Counted from the first letter of the stretch, positions 35,735 through 45,907 are shown. The stretch: DNA of 53,144 nucleotides from Gemmatimonadota bacterium (GCA_039585915.1 JBDGUZ010000001.1:1-53144); one strand, 5' to 3'. Program-made: numbers and translations. Notes: a model not told the origin generated them from the sequence alone.

Positions 35735-36697
35735 GTGGATTCAGGCGCGAAACAGATCAGGGTCATATATATCGGGGGCTCTGCCCGTAGCGGGACGGGA
35801 ATCCTGGGACGGGTATTCAGCCTGATCGGTGGCGCGGCGCACGGAGGAGAGCTCCGGCGCCTGTGGAGCCGCGGGATCCGCCCGGGGAAGACCTGCGACT
35901 GCGGACGGCCGCACGCGGAATGTCCGGTGTGGTCGAAGCTGCTCGAGCCCGGCGCCAGCTACATCGAGCCGAGCATCGCCGAGCGCGCTCGGGTCCAGGA
36001 AGCTGCCGCCCCCGAGATCCACGCCTGGAGGCGTGCTCTCAAGCTCCTGCGTCGGCGTACCCCTCCATCTCCCTCATCCGCCGAAGCCCACTACGTCGAG
36101 ATGTACTCAGATCTCTACAGGGCGTTCGCGCGCGTGACAGGCGCTTCGGTGATCCTCGACAACTCCAAGCACCCGGGCGACGCTGCGCTGCTGGTGGACG
36201 CACCTGACATCACTGCGTACTCCGTCCAGATCGTCCGGGACCCGCGCGGCGTTCTGTTCTCCCGCCGCAAGCGTTTTTCGGCCGACGATCCCGGGCGATC
36301 TCGTCCCATCGAGACCGCGAGAGTCGCCGTGTACTGGGTGGTGCGACAACTCACGTTCGACGCGATCCGCCGAAAGTACGGCAACGACCGTTCACTCCTC
36401 GTGATCTACGAGGAGCTGATGAAAGATCCGAATCCTGCTCTACGCGCCGCCTGCCGCATGCTCGGGGTGCCTGCGCCTGACGTCGAGCTCGAGGCAGGAG
36501 CCCCGGCCCGGGTGCCGGAGGTCCACGGACCCGACGGGAGCACCGTGCAGAGGTTCGTGTCGACAGAAGTAGTGCTGCGGGAGGACGATCGGTGGCGAAG
36601 CGAACTCCACCGATTCGATCGCGGCCTGATGACGTTCCTGACCTTTCCGCTGCTCAGGCGTTACGGCTACCCGATCCGGACAGCAGGGGATGCGTGA
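35735..36697 (+). CDS. PAPS-type sulfotransferase family protein
   Basis: 5'-PSB-like loop YIGGSARSGTGILG, 3'-PB-like IVRDPRGVL and ILDNSKHP. A Cys cluster (CDCGRPHAECPVW) is as seen in bacterial Sulfotransfer_3-type proteins. GTG start. Confidence 0.8.
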   Translation: MDSGAKQIRVIYIGGSARSGTGILGRVFSLIGGAAHGGELRRLWSRGIRPGKTCDCGRPHAECPVWSKLLEPGASYIEPSIAERARVQEAAAPEIHAWRRALKLLRRRTPPSPSSAEAHYVEMYSDLYRAFARVTGASVILDNSKHPGDAALLVDAPDITAYSVQIVRDPRGVLFSRRKRFSADDPGRSRPIETARVAVYWVVRQLTFDAIRRKYGNDRSLLVIYEELMKDPNPALRAACRMLGVPAPDVELEAGAPARVPEVHGPDGSTVQRFVSTEVVLREDDRWRSELHRFDRGLMTFLTFPLLRRYGYPIRTAGDA

Positions 36698-36709
36698 GGC
36701 GATGCGCGA

Positions 36710-38986
36710 CTAAGACGAAGTCTGGGCTCCTGCTTCCTCGAAGACCTGTTCCCCGTCGTTCAACGCGTCCAGGACGATATCGGATATTTCGGGCCGCATG
36801 AACCAGCCTGGCGGCCTCTCTCCTCGCGAGAACATCTCCCTGGCCTGCGAGCCGCTGATCAGACTCAGCCTGTCGGTCTCGTCGTGAGAGGATTCGTCCG
36901 TCTGGTGGACGTATTCCTCCAGCCGCGGGGAATAGAATACTTCGTTGAACTCGACGATCGTGATTCCCAGGTCCGGGAACTGATCGAAGATCCTCTGTGA
37001 AGCGTACGGGCCATAGTAGTCTCCCACGCCCGTATGATCCCGTCCGACGATGAAATGGCTGCATCCGTAGTTCTTTCGGCACAGGGCGGTGAATACCGCT
37101 TCTCTGGGCCCGGCATATCTCGAGAACGTCGGAAACACGGAAAACACGACTTTTTCTTTCGGGTAGAAGTCCGCGATCATCGTCTCGTAACTCTTGATGA
37201 TGTACTCGGGCTTGAAATCGCCGTGCTTCTTCTTGCCGACAACCGGGTGCACGAGCAGGCCATCGCAGTTTTCGTCTTCCATTGCCCTGAGCTGCATGAA
37301 CTCATGTCCCCGGTGCAGAACATTCCGGGTATGGAAACCCAGGACTGTCGCCCAGCCGCGCTCTTCAAACAGTCTTCGCAGCTGTTTCGGGGTCAGCTCA
37401 TAGGCCCTGGTGTCTGATTCCCGGCCCTGGATCAGGTCGATCTTTCCGGCCAGAAGGACCGGCTGCATCGCCTGGATCATTCTGACTCCGGGGTGATCTG
37501 CGCTGCTCGTGCCGTACAGCTTCTCGGCCGTGTCATCCCGGTCGAAGTTGAACTTCTCACTCAGATGAAGGAGGGCCATCACTTCTCCCCGATCATCCGT
37601 CAATCCGACGACGTCCCCGATCGACAGCTCATCCGCCGCCTCCTCAGTCACATCCAGGACTATGGGGAGCGGCCAGGCGATACCGCTGGCCAACCGCATG
37701 CTGGCCAGGACGGAGCGGAAGTCTGCGTGGTCCATGAATCCTTCCAGCGGGCTGTAGGTGCCGAACGCGATCTGCTCGATGTCCATCTGCCTGTTCCTGT
37801 CGAGCGATATCTTCGGCAGCGAGTCCAGGTATTCGTCACCAGGTGCGTCGGCGAGGACACGATTCACCAGCTTCCCCCCGTGCGGGGGAACCAGGGACGA
37901 CGAGATGTCTTCCAGGAGATAATTCGAAGTTTCCAGGGAGCCGATCAGCCCCTTGACCAGGTTTCGCGGATCACTGCTGTGGATCACGGACTCCGCGTGC
38001 TGGATCAGCTTGTTCAGCATGTTGATGCACTCCATCGGATACTTTCCGATGGCGGTTTCCGCAGCCAGGGTCAGTCCGAGCGCGCCGTCGATGATGGTGT
38101 TCAGAACGTCGTGCACCTCAGCCCGGGTCGGCTTCCTCTTCTCGATCATGGTCTCCAGCAGATTCGTCGCGACGAATACGCCGGTATGATTTCGACCGGC
38201 CTTGTGCAGGATGACCTTCTGTGTAAACGGAATCTTCTCGATCGGGATTTCCTTGCTCAGGTCTCCCCGATCGATCAACAGGAAGTCTGACTTTCGAATG
38301 ATTTCGTCGATATTCTCCAACGCATCGACGCATTCGATCTTCGAGATGATCTTCATCCGATCGCGCGTGGCTCTTCGCACCTCATCGATCGCCTCGCCGG
38401 ACCGGACGAATGAGACGGCGATGTGTTCGATGTCCGCCTTCAGTCCCAGCTCGATGGACTGGTAATCCTTGGGCGACAGGGGAGGGAGATTGAAGTGCTT
38501 CCTGAACACCGGGTCTACCGCGACAGCCTTGTTCTTGCCGATGAGCCCACCGGTGATCGTCCTGGCTGTGACGTATCCGTCTGAAACCGTGGAGACATCC
38601 GTAACGCGCAGGATCAGCGTATCGAAGTCGATATGGATCAGATCCCCGACATCCAGCTGCTCAATCACGTAGCCAGGCTTCAGGGCCAGTTTCGTGACGT
38701 CACCGGCGATCGCCTTCGCGTGCAGCTCAACCCGTTCGTTTTCCTTGAATCGAATCGTGTTCTGCTGCAGATCACCCGTCCTGATCTGAGATCCCTCGGT
38801 GTCGATGATGAACGGGACTCCGACCTTCCGGGATAGATCGATGAAGTACTCGAGGTCTTCCAGGCTGGAATGGGACATGTTCACCCGGACAAAATCGACC
38901 CCCCTGGCCTTGATCTGCCTCAAGGCCCGCTCATCGTTCGTGGCTGGCCCAAGGGTGACGATGATCTTCGTGTGTTTCTCAGTCAT
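36710..38986 (-). CDS. fusion protein: pyruvate-kinase catalytic barrel (N) + sulfate adenylyltransferase / ATP sulfurylase (C)
   Basis: ATG at 38986 with GGAG 7 nt upstream. The N-terminal half carries KIIVTLGP, RVNMSHS, IIDTEGSQIRTG, ISKIECVDALENIDEI, LIDRGDLSKEIP, ATNLLETM, PTRAEVHDV and AAETAIGKYP. The C-terminal half carries HGGKLVNR, YSPLEGFM, GFHTRNVLHRGHE and GPREAVFTALCRKNYGCSHFIVGRDHTGVG. Confidence 0.85.
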   Translation of the reverse strand: MTEKHTKIIVTLGPATNDERALRQIKARGVDFVRVNMSHSSLEDLEYFIDLSRKVGVPFIIDTEGSQIRTGDLQQNTIRFKENERVELHAKAIAGDVTKLALKPGYVIEQLDVGDLIHIDFDTLILRVTDVSTVSDGYVTARTITGGLIGKNKAVAVDPVFRKHFNLPPLSPKDYQSIELGLKADIEHIAVSFVRSGEAIDEVRRATRDRMKIISKIECVDALENIDEIIRKSDFLLIDRGDLSKEIPIEKIPFTQKVILHKAGRNHTGVFVATNLLETMIEKRKPTRAEVHDVLNTIIDGALGLTLAAETAIGKYPMECINMLNKLIQHAESVIHSSDPRNLVKGLIGSLETSNYLLEDISSSLVPPHGGKLVNRVLADAPGDEYLDSLPKISLDRNRQMDIEQIAFGTYSPLEGFMDHADFRSVLASMRLASGIAWPLPIVLDVTEEAADELSIGDVVGLTDDRGEVMALLHLSEKFNFDRDDTAEKLYGTSSADHPGVRMIQAMQPVLLAGKIDLIQGRESDTRAYELTPKQLRRLFEERGWATVLGFHTRNVLHRGHEFMQLRAMEDENCDGLLVHPVVGKKKHGDFKPEYIIKSYETMIADFYPKEKVVFSVFPTFSRYAGPREAVFTALCRKNYGCSHFIVGRDHTGVGDYYGPYASQRIFDQFPDLGITIVEFNEVFYSPRLEEYVHQTDESSHDETDRLSLISGSQAREMFSRGERPPGWFMRPEISDIVLDALNDGEQVFEEAGAQTSS

Positions 38987-40251
38987 TTCTGGATCTCCGC
39001 GGCCAAGGCCTCTACGTCGCGCCATACGCGAAGCAGGTTTCCGCCCCACAGCTTTCGAATCTCTTCTTCTGAGTACCCGCGGCGCACCAGCTCAAGCGTC
39101 ACGTTGAAGGTCTCCGACGCATCCGTCCAACCTGTCAGACCGCCGCCCCCGTCGAAGTCGGAGCTGATCCCGACATGGTCGATCCCGATCAGCTCGACCC
39201 CGTAGTCGATGTGGTCCACGAAATCGGACACCGTCGCGCCGGGGAACCGGTCGTTGATCTTCGCCCTCGACTCGCGGTACGAGTCAAGCTGCTCAGGGGT
39301 CGCGGCCGCCCAGGATTCAAACTCGACGTTGTCTCGCAGCTCCTGGATCGCCGCCTCCTTCTCCTCCGATCGGACCATCACGTAGCCATCGAAAGCCACG
39401 ACCTGGATTACGCCGCCATTGTCCCGAATCGCTATGAGCTCCTCATCCGTGAGGTTTCGAGGCGAGTCTGCCAGCTTTCGTATCGCCGAGTGTGAAGCGA
39501 TGATCGGCGCTCTGGATAGACGGGCCGCGTCGAGCGTGGTGTTCCTTGATGAGTGCGACACGTCCACCATCATCCCGAGTCGGTTGGCCTCGTCGATCGC
39601 CTGCTCGCCTAGCTCACTCACGCCGCCGTGCTCCTGCTCCGCATCCCCCAGGTTCTCCCGCGGGATGGAAGAATCCGCCAGGTCGTTGTGCCCGATGTGC
39701 GTGAGGCCGAAATAGCGGGCGCCGCGCGCATGGTACTCCTCCATCAGCGACAGGTCGGTGCCGATCGAGTAGCCGTTCTCGATCCCGATCGTGGCGACGA
39801 GCTTGCCCTCGGCGTGCAGCCGTTCCACGTCGTCGGGCGTCCAGGCAAAGCCGATCTCGTCCGTGTACATGTCGTCCGTCAGCCGGTGGATCGCCTCGAA
39901 CTTCCGGATCGCTTCGGCCTTCGCTTCGGCGTAGTTCTCTGGCGTTCGCTCAGTCTGACCCACATAGACGATGAAGAAGGCCATGTCCAGCCCGCCTGCC
40001 CGCATCTTCGGAAGCGTGACCTGCCGCCCCTCGTACTCACCGGGGTCGGACTCGGCGGTCGCGAAGTTGGACGAGATGTCATCGTGCGTGTCGACCGTGA
40101 TCACGCTCTCGTGAATGGCCCGGGCGCGCGTCTCGAGGTCGGGATCGGGCATCGGGCTCTCCTGTGAACACGCAGTAGCCGGCAGGAAGAGAGCAGCCGC
40201 TAAAATCCGGGCGAACGGGACACGTATCCGAGGACTGTGTGCTACATGCAT
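38983..40251 (-). CDS. membrane dipeptidase (peptidase M19) lipoprotein
   Basis: Trimmed to the ATG at 40251 (MHVAHSPRIRVPFARILAAALFLPATACSQ). VITVDTHDDIS, FGLTHIGHNDLADS, MVDVSHSS, IIASHSA and GISSDFDGGG are present. The stop overlaps the PK::Sat start (ATGA). Confidence 0.88.
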   Translation of the reverse strand: MHVAHSPRIRVPFARILAAALFLPATACSQESPMPDPDLETRARAIHESVITVDTHDDISSNFATAESDPGEYEGRQVTLPKMRAGGLDMAFFIVYVGQTERTPENYAEAKAEAIRKFEAIHRLTDDMYTDEIGFAWTPDDVERLHAEGKLVATIGIENGYSIGTDLSLMEEYHARGARYFGLTHIGHNDLADSSIPRENLGDAEQEHGGVSELGEQAIDEANRLGMMVDVSHSSRNTTLDAARLSRAPIIASHSAIRKLADSPRNLTDEELIAIRDNGGVIQVVAFDGYVMVRSEEKEAAIQELRDNVEFESWAAATPEQLDSYRESRAKINDRFPGATVSDFVDHIDYGVELIGIDHVGISSDFDGGGGLTGWTDASETFNVTLELVRRGYSEEEIRKLWGGNLLRVWRDVEALAAEIQK

Positions 40252-40430
40252 CGCGATTCCTGTTATCGAATGTCTGTGAATTGAAGCCGTACGGTCGCCC
40301 GGCAACCTCCGCCCCGAATGCGAAGCGCGCAACGGGCCAGCCGTACCGGCTCCCTCACGGACGCTTGCCCGGGCAACCAGGGCCCGCCGATCTTGAACGC
40401 CTGACCGGCACCACACCGGGAGGTATTTCC

Positions 40431-42251
40431 TTGAAGCCGCTGACATCGTGGGTTCCCGCTTTGCTGGCTGTGCTCGCCCTCGCCGCGCCGACCGCGGCCC
40501 AGGAACTGGATCCGCCGCCGCCCCAGGAATCGCGATTCGAATCCGCCTCGTGGGAGACTCTCCGTGCCCGCGCCTATCCGCAGTGGTTCACCGAGGCGAA
40601 GCTCGGGATATTCATCCACTGGGGTGTCTACTCGGTACCCGCTTACTCGGGTCCCGAAGACTACGCCGAGTGGTTCTTGCGCGGCCTGCAGACGGGCGAT
40701 TCTCTCCGCATCCGGTATATGCGCGACAACTACGGCGAGGGCTTCGAGTACGAGGACTTCGCACCGCTGTTCAAGGCCGAGCTGTTCGAGCCGGGAGAGT
40801 GGGCGGAGCTGTTCCGGAGCTCCGGGGCCCGCTACGTGGTCCTCGTCTCGAAGCACCACGACGGCTTTGCGCTGTGGCCCAGCGCGTACTCGAAGGGCTG
40901 GAACAGCTTGGATGTCGGGCCGGGGCGCGATCTGGTCGGAGAACTCACGGATGCCGTGCGTGAAGCCGGACTCCGGATGGGGCTCTACTACTCGCTGTGT
41001 GAGTGGACGAACGCGTTGCACCGCTGGTACACGGACCCGCCCGAGGCCATCGGCCCGTACGTGGACCGGCACATGGTCCCGCAGTTCAAGGAACTCGTCA
41101 CCGCCTACCGGCCCGATCTCATGTTTGCCGACGGCGAATGGCTGAACTCGGCCGAGCAGCTGCGCTCCCAAGAGCTGATCGGGTGGTATTTCGACACGGT
41201 GGGACCGGACGCCGTGGTAAACGATCGGTGGGGCGGGGGCAGCGATATCGGGTTCCGAACGCCTGAGTTCAGCTCGGGAATCGAACTCACCGACAGACCG
41301 TGGACGGAGGTCCGCGGCATCGGCCGATCGTTCGGGTTCAACCGGAACGAGAGGCTCGGGGCATACATGACGCCGGAGGCCCTGGTCCATTTCTTCGCAG
41401 CGGCGGTGGCAGGTGGCGGAGGGATGATCCTCAACGTGGGCCCGAAGGCAGACGGCCAGATCCCGTTGCTCCAGCAGGAACGCCTGCGGCAACTCGGTGA
41501 GTGGCTGGACGTGAACGGCGAGGCGATCTACGGGTCGCGTCCGTGGCTGAAAGCCGGCGAGGAACGCGAGGTCACGCTCGAGCGGGTCGATCCTACGGTG
41601 GACTTCTCCTGGAATCGAAACGGCCCCGGGAACCCGATCCGCGAGGACGACTTCACGGCCGAGTGGACGGGATACCTCGAGGCTCCGGAAACGGGCGACT
41701 ACACGTTCTCGGCTTCGGCCGACGACCGCGTGCGAGCCCGGGTGGACGGCCGGCTCGTGGTGGATGAGTGGGACGAGGAAGTGAACTCGGCGGACCCGAC
41801 GATCCGCCTGGTCGGTGGGACCAGGGTTCCGGTCCGGGTCGAGTACCGCGAAGAGAAACTCCAGGCTTCCGTGCGGTTCGAGTGGTCCGGCCCTGGACTG
41901 GAGACCGGGGTCATCCCGCAGGCACGCCTGTTCTCGGCGGCCGACCGCAGGGAGGGGGACGGCCTCGCCGGCACCTACCGCTCGATGCAGCGGTACCTCG
42001 CCTATACCCAGAAAGATGGGAACCTGTACGCGATCACCTTCGAATGGCCAGACGGTGAGCTCGGTCTGCCGATCGCCGAACCGCCACGGGGGACGCGCAT
42101 TACGCTCCTCGGGCATGACGGCGACCTGCCGTGGCGGTACGCCGACGGGATACTCAGAATCGACCTGGGCGGCGTGCCACCGTCCGAGATCTCGGGACGG
42201 TGGGCGTGGACCGTCCGGCTCGAGCGGTACACGGCGGAGGAGGAGAACTAG
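40431..42251 (+). CDS. secreted alpha-L-fucosidase (GH29) with C-terminal PA14 domain
   Basis: [27 protein letters not shown] and FADGEW are GH29 motifs. The PA14-like region reads [40 protein letters not shown]. The signal peptide ([24 protein letters not shown]) only fits an in-frame TTG at 40431, which has GGGAGG 7-8 nt upstream. Confidence 0.85.
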   Translation: MKPLTSWVPALLAVLALAAPTAAQELDPPPPQESRFESASWETLRARAYPQWFTEAKLGIFIHWGVYSVPAYSGPEDYAEWFLRGLQTGDSLRIRYMRDNYGEGFEYEDFAPLFKAELFEPGEWAELFRSSGARYVVLVSKHHDGFALWPSAYSKGWNSLDVGPGRDLVGELTDAVREAGLRMGLYYSLCEWTNALHRWYTDPPEAIGPYVDRHMVPQFKELVTAYRPDLMFADGEWLNSAEQLRSQELIGWYFDTVGPDAVVNDRWGGGSDIGFRTPEFSSGIELTDRPWTEVRGIGRSFGFNRNERLGAYMTPEALVHFFAAAVAGGGGMILNVGPKADGQIPLLQQERLRQLGEWLDVNGEAIYGSRPWLKAGEEREVTLERVDPTVDFSWNRNGPGNPIREDDFTAEWTGYLEAPETGDYTFSASADDRVRARVDGRLVVDEWDEEVNSADPTIRLVGGTRVPVRVEYREEKLQASVRFEWSGPGLETGVIPQARLFSAADRREGDGLAGTYRSMQRYLAYTQKDGNLYAITFEWPDGELGLPIAEPPRGTRITLLGHDGDLPWRYADGILRIDLGGVPPSEISGRWAWTVRLERYTAEEEN

Positions 42252-43579
42252 GGCGATCGTGCCACCACGCCGTCCTTCATCACGAATACCACGTCCCGGA
42301 CGGCCCGGATGTCGATCGTCGGGTCCCCCTGTACCGCGACGAGGTCTGCCAGCGCGTCCTCGGCGATCGAGCCGAGATCTTTCATCCCGAGGGCCCGGGC
42401 GTTGACGATCGTCGCTGCCTGCAGGGCTTCGGTGGGCGACATTCCCCCGCGAACCATCCATTCGAGCTCACGCCAGCTCTCTCCGTGCGGGAACACTCCT
42501 ACATCGCTGCCGAGTCCGATCGTGACGTCCGCCTCGAGGGCTGCCTGGAACGCTTCGAGCGTCCCCCGGATCCGGGGGCTCAGGCCCTGATCAGGTGTGT
42601 CCGGGTCCCAACCGCCGGACAGTCCGCTGAAGTACTCGTCGTAGGCCGCCGCGGCGGCGAGGGTTGGATAGAACACCACGCCGTGATCGGCCATCAGGCG
42701 GAATACCTCCGGCGTGCCGCTCGATCCGTGCTCGATCGTCTGCACGCCTGCGATAGTCGCGCGCTGCATCCCATCCGGTGAACTGGCGTGGGCGGCAACC
42801 GGGAGACCTGCTGCGTGCGCTTCGTCGACCAGTGCCTCCAACTCGTCCAGAGTGAAGGTCGGTGCGACGCCTCCCCTGCGACCGAAGTCGGCGTACACCT
42901 TGATCACGTCAGCTCCGCGGCCCGCCTGTTCGCGCACTGCCCGCCGGATCTCCGTCACTCCGGTTACCGGCTGCGCTCCCTGCGGAAGCACGAGGTCCGG
43001 GTCCCACCCGCTCGGGCCGGGGGCGTACGAGGCGGTGGCGGCCAGCGCGAGCGTGGCCGCGAGCACCCGCGGACCGGGGATCAAGCCGTCGTCGATCGCG
43101 TCGCGGATCCCGAGATCGGCCCAGCCGGCTCCTTCGGTTCCCAGGTCGCGCAGCGTGGTGAAGCCCGACATCAGGGTCTGCTCGGCGTGGACCGCCGCGC
43201 GCACCGTCCGGTAGGAGCGGGCCTCCCGCAGGACCTGATCGTCCCACAATGTCTCGGAGTACGGGTGGAGGAACAGGTGCGCGTGGGCCTCGATCAGGCC
43301 CGGCAGCAGCGTGGTCCCCGGCAGATCGATGATCTCGGCACCCGCGGGAGTCTGGACGTCGTCTGCCGCACCGACCGCCGTGATGCGATTCCCCTCGACG
43401 AGTACCACCCAGCCCTCGTGGGTCCGCCCGTTCTCAGCATCGAACAGGCGGTCGGGTCGGACGAGGGTGGTCGGGTTCGGGGCGGACGCCTGAGCGCGTG
43501 CCGAATCAGGGGCATCCACCACGAGCGCGAAACAAAGCGCGAGGCTGAGAATCGTGCGGCTGACGACGTGCGGTCTCAT
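42248..43579 (-). CDS. secreted amidohydrolase-family metallohydrolase
   Basis: Trimmed to the ATG at 43579 ([29 protein letters not shown]). HxH motif LIEAHAHLF, then VAAHA, IEHG and GSDVG. It makes a 4-nt tail-to-tail overlap with the fucosidase gene. Confidence 0.85.
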   Translation of the reverse strand: MRPHVVSRTILSLALCFALVVDAPDSARAQASAPNPTTLVRPDRLFDAENGRTHEGWVVLVEGNRITAVGAADDVQTPAGAEIIDLPGTTLLPGLIEAHAHLFLHPYSETLWDDQVLREARSYRTVRAAVHAEQTLMSGFTTLRDLGTEGAGWADLGIRDAIDDGLIPGPRVLAATLALAATASYAPGPSGWDPDLVLPQGAQPVTGVTEIRRAVREQAGRGADVIKVYADFGRRGGVAPTFTLDELEALVDEAHAAGLPVAAHASSPDGMQRATIAGVQTIEHGSSGTPEVFRLMADHGVVFYPTLAAAAAYDEYFSGLSGGWDPDTPDQGLSPRIRGTLEAFQAALEADVTIGLGSDVGVFPHGESWRELEWMVRGGMSPTEALQAATIVNARALGMKDLGSIAEDALADLVAVQGDPTIDIRAVRDVVFVMKDGVVARSP

Positions 43580-43666
43580 GACGTTCCTCTGGGTCGGATC
43601 GGTCGGAGCATGTGCCGGAAACAGCCTGGCCCGAGCCAAACTACGTGAGAGTCCGTGGTTCGGCAT

Positions 43667-43690
43667 ATGGGAAAGTGGGAAAGTGGGAAT
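43667..43690 (+). repeat. 24-nt motif ATGGGAAAGTGGGAAAGTGGGAAT (three 8-nt GGGAAAGT-type units), copy A
   Basis: Read directly. It lies in the divergent region between the amidohydrolase gene (-) and the PDZ ORF (+). It matches 45926-45949 at 22 of 24 positions in the same orientation. Confidence 0.85.
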
Positions 43691-43820
43691 CATCCCGTAG
43701 GGTGCTGAACGGGGCACGCAATCCGCTCGCCCGTGAGGCCGACCCGACCCCTCAACTAACTGCCTCGCCCGGGTGTCCAATAAACATATGGACGCATGAG
43801 ACCTGCCATGGGAGGGGATT

Positions 43821-44324
43821 GTGAAAGCCCCTATCTCGAGCATGATCGTCGTCGGCACCCGCCTGGATGTCGACGAATTCCACGACCGCTACATCGGCGG
43901 GCGCGATCCGTACCCGTGGGACGAGATCCTGCCGCTCGCCGGCATACGGTACCTCGAACAGGAACAGGTGGTACCCTACATCGGAGTGATGTTCAACGCG
44001 GGCATCGGAGGCGTCCACGTCAACGCGGTGACTCCGGACGGCTCGGCCACAAATGCCGGTGTCAGAGAGGGTGATATCCTGGTCCGAGCCGGCGAGATCG
44101 TAGCCGATGGGCCCGAGTGGGCCAACCAGTTCCGGGCCAGGTATGCCAAGGATCCGGAAGGGACGCCGGTCGAGTTCGTCGTCGTCCGCGACGGCAGCGA
44201 GCTGGCTCTGCCCGGACAGTTGGGTTTCGCGCCCCGGTCATCGCACCAGATCGACCCGATTCCAGATGCGTCGGAGAAGGCGGTACGAATTAGAAACGGG
44301 ATTCTGACGGGCACGACGGACTGA
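43821..44324 (+). CDS. PDZ domain protein, resembles the C-terminal part of M61 glycyl-aminopeptidases (possibly a 5'-truncated remnant)
   Basis: PDZ text [29 protein letters not shown]...[18 protein letters not shown] start, no signal peptide and no protease domain upstream. Confidence 0.55.
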   Translation: MKAPISSMIVVGTRLDVDEFHDRYIGGRDPYPWDEILPLAGIRYLEQEQVVPYIGVMFNAGIGGVHVNAVTPDGSATNAGVREGDILVRAGEIVADGPEWANQFRARYAKDPEGTPVEFVVVRDGSELALPGQLGFAPRSSHQIDPIPDASEKAVRIRNGILTGTTD

Positions 44325-44404
44325 TGGAAAGCAGAATCGAGTGAATCACGAGAACGAAGTCGACGTCGGGAGCCTGCTCGCAGTCCTCGAGCGCCGCAAC
44401 AGTC

Positions 44405-45766
44405 CTACGGCCAGATTCCTCTGCGCAGCGTCACGTCGGCCACCCGCTTCACTGCCAGGATATAGGCGGCCGTGCGGAGGTCGATCGGGTCGAGCCCGTC
44501 CTGGCCCCGTCCGAGGTTCTTGCGCGCCGCCTCGATCTCGGCCAGTGATCCGTTGACTCTGTCCCTGGTGTCGAGCACCGCGTCTGTCGCCCGAATCATC
44601 TTGCGGAGCAGCTTCGCGTTGACCTCTTCTTCGTCCCACTGTTCGTGCTCGATGTTCTGCACCCACTCGTAGTAGCTGACCGTAACCCCGCCGGCGTTGG
44701 CGAGGATGTCGGGCAGGACCGGGATCCCCTTCTGGTTGAGGATCCGGTCGGCCGCTGGAGTCGTGGGGCCGTTGGCGGCCTCGGTGATCATCAGGGCGTT
44801 CACGTGGTCCGCGTTATCGGCCCGGATCTGGTTCTCGAGCGCGGCCGGTATCAGGATGTCGCACCGGAGCGCGAGCAGCTCCTCGTTACTGATTTCCTCT
44901 GTGTCGGGAAGGCCGACCACCGAGCCCGTCTCCCGCTTGTGGGCTATCGCCTCGTCGGGGTCGAAGCCGTCCGGGTTGTAGATTCCACCACGTGAATCGC
45001 TGCACGCGATGATGATCGCGCCCTGCTCGGCATACAGCTGTGCGGCGATCGAGCCGGCGTTTCCGAATCCCTGCACCACGACCCTGGCGCCGTCCACCGA
45101 GTCCAGCCCGTCCACGAGGCCCCGCGACAGGGCGTGCTGGGTGCAGAACAGGGAGCCGCGCGACGTCGCCTCGTTACGACCGAACGAGCCGCCCATGTCC
45201 ACGGGTTTCCCGGTCACGACCGGCGCGTTGTTCCGGCCCGGGTGCATCATGTCATAGGTGTCGAACACCCAGGCCATGGTCTCGGCGCTCGTGTTCACAT
45301 CCGGTGCCGGGACGTCGGTGTGCGGGCCGATCGCATCGCCGAGCTCCGCGATGAACCGTCTGGTGATCTTCCGCAGGTCGTCCTTCGTGAGCACCTTTGG
45401 ATTGCACACCACACCACCCTTGGCCCCGCCGAACGGAATATCCATCACCGCGCATTTCCACGTCATCCACGTGGCCAGCGCCCGCACCTCGTCCGCGGTC
45501 ACGTCCGGGTGGTAGCGGATCCCGCCCTTTCCCGGTCCGCGCGCCCGGTTATGCAGCACCCGGTATCCCGTGAAGTTGCGGACCGTTCCGCCGTGCGTCT
45601 CGATCGGAAACTCCGTGATGAGCACGCGCTCTGGCCTGACCAGGTAATCGACCAGCCCCTTCTGGTACTCGGGGAGATAACGGATCGCGTGCTCGAACTG
45701 CTGCTGCGCGATGTGGAACGGATTCAGGTCCTCCTGCAGGGAGGCGTCGGTCGCTTCGGAGTTCAT
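44405..45766 (-). CDS. gdhA: Glu/Leu/Phe/Val dehydrogenase family: glutamate dehydrogenase
   Basis: GPGKGGIRYHP, KCAVMDIPFGGAKGGV and VVVQGFGNAGSIAA (Rossmann). The length, 453 aa, fits. Confidence 0.92.
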   Translation of the reverse strand: MNSEATDASLQEDLNPFHIAQQQFEHAIRYLPEYQKGLVDYLVRPERVLITEFPIETHGGTVRNFTGYRVLHNRARGPGKGGIRYHPDVTADEVRALATWMTWKCAVMDIPFGGAKGGVVCNPKVLTKDDLRKITRRFIAELGDAIGPHTDVPAPDVNTSAETMAWVFDTYDMMHPGRNNAPVVTGKPVDMGGSFGRNEATSRGSLFCTQHALSRGLVDGLDSVDGARVVVQGFGNAGSIAAQLYAEQGAIIIACSDSRGGIYNPDGFDPDEAIAHKRETGSVVGLPDTEEISNEELLALRCDILIPAALENQIRADNADHVNALMITEAANGPTTPAADRILNQKGIPVLPDILANAGGVTVSYYEWVQNIEHEQWDEEEVNAKLLRKMIRATDAVLDTRDRVNGSLAEIEAARKNLGRGQDGLDPIDLRTAAYILAVKRVADVTLRRGIWP

Positions 45767-45875
45767 GGCAGGTCTGCCTCGGTCAAGCGGTTCACTCGGT
45801 GAGGGGTGAGTTCGTTCGCCTCAATCTACTCCGATCGGCTCGCGGGCGTTAGCGACGGGGAAGCGATGACGGGCA

Positions 45876-45907
45876 ACGGCGATGGGGGGCGACGGCGATG
45901 GGGGGCA
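45876..45907 (+). repeat. 16-nt tandem direct repeat (ACGGCGATGGGGGGCG / ACGGCGATGGGGGGCA)
   Basis: Read directly. The second unit runs into a G6-caga-C6 hairpin (45900-45915). It lies in the gdh/SDR divergent intergenic region. Confidence 0.85.

Noticed and set aside
40263-42461. 732-aa - strand ORF
   Set aside because: It is antisense to the GH29-PA14 fucosidase gene and has an Arg/Pro/Gly-rich text. The + frame carries clear GH29 and PA14 motifs.
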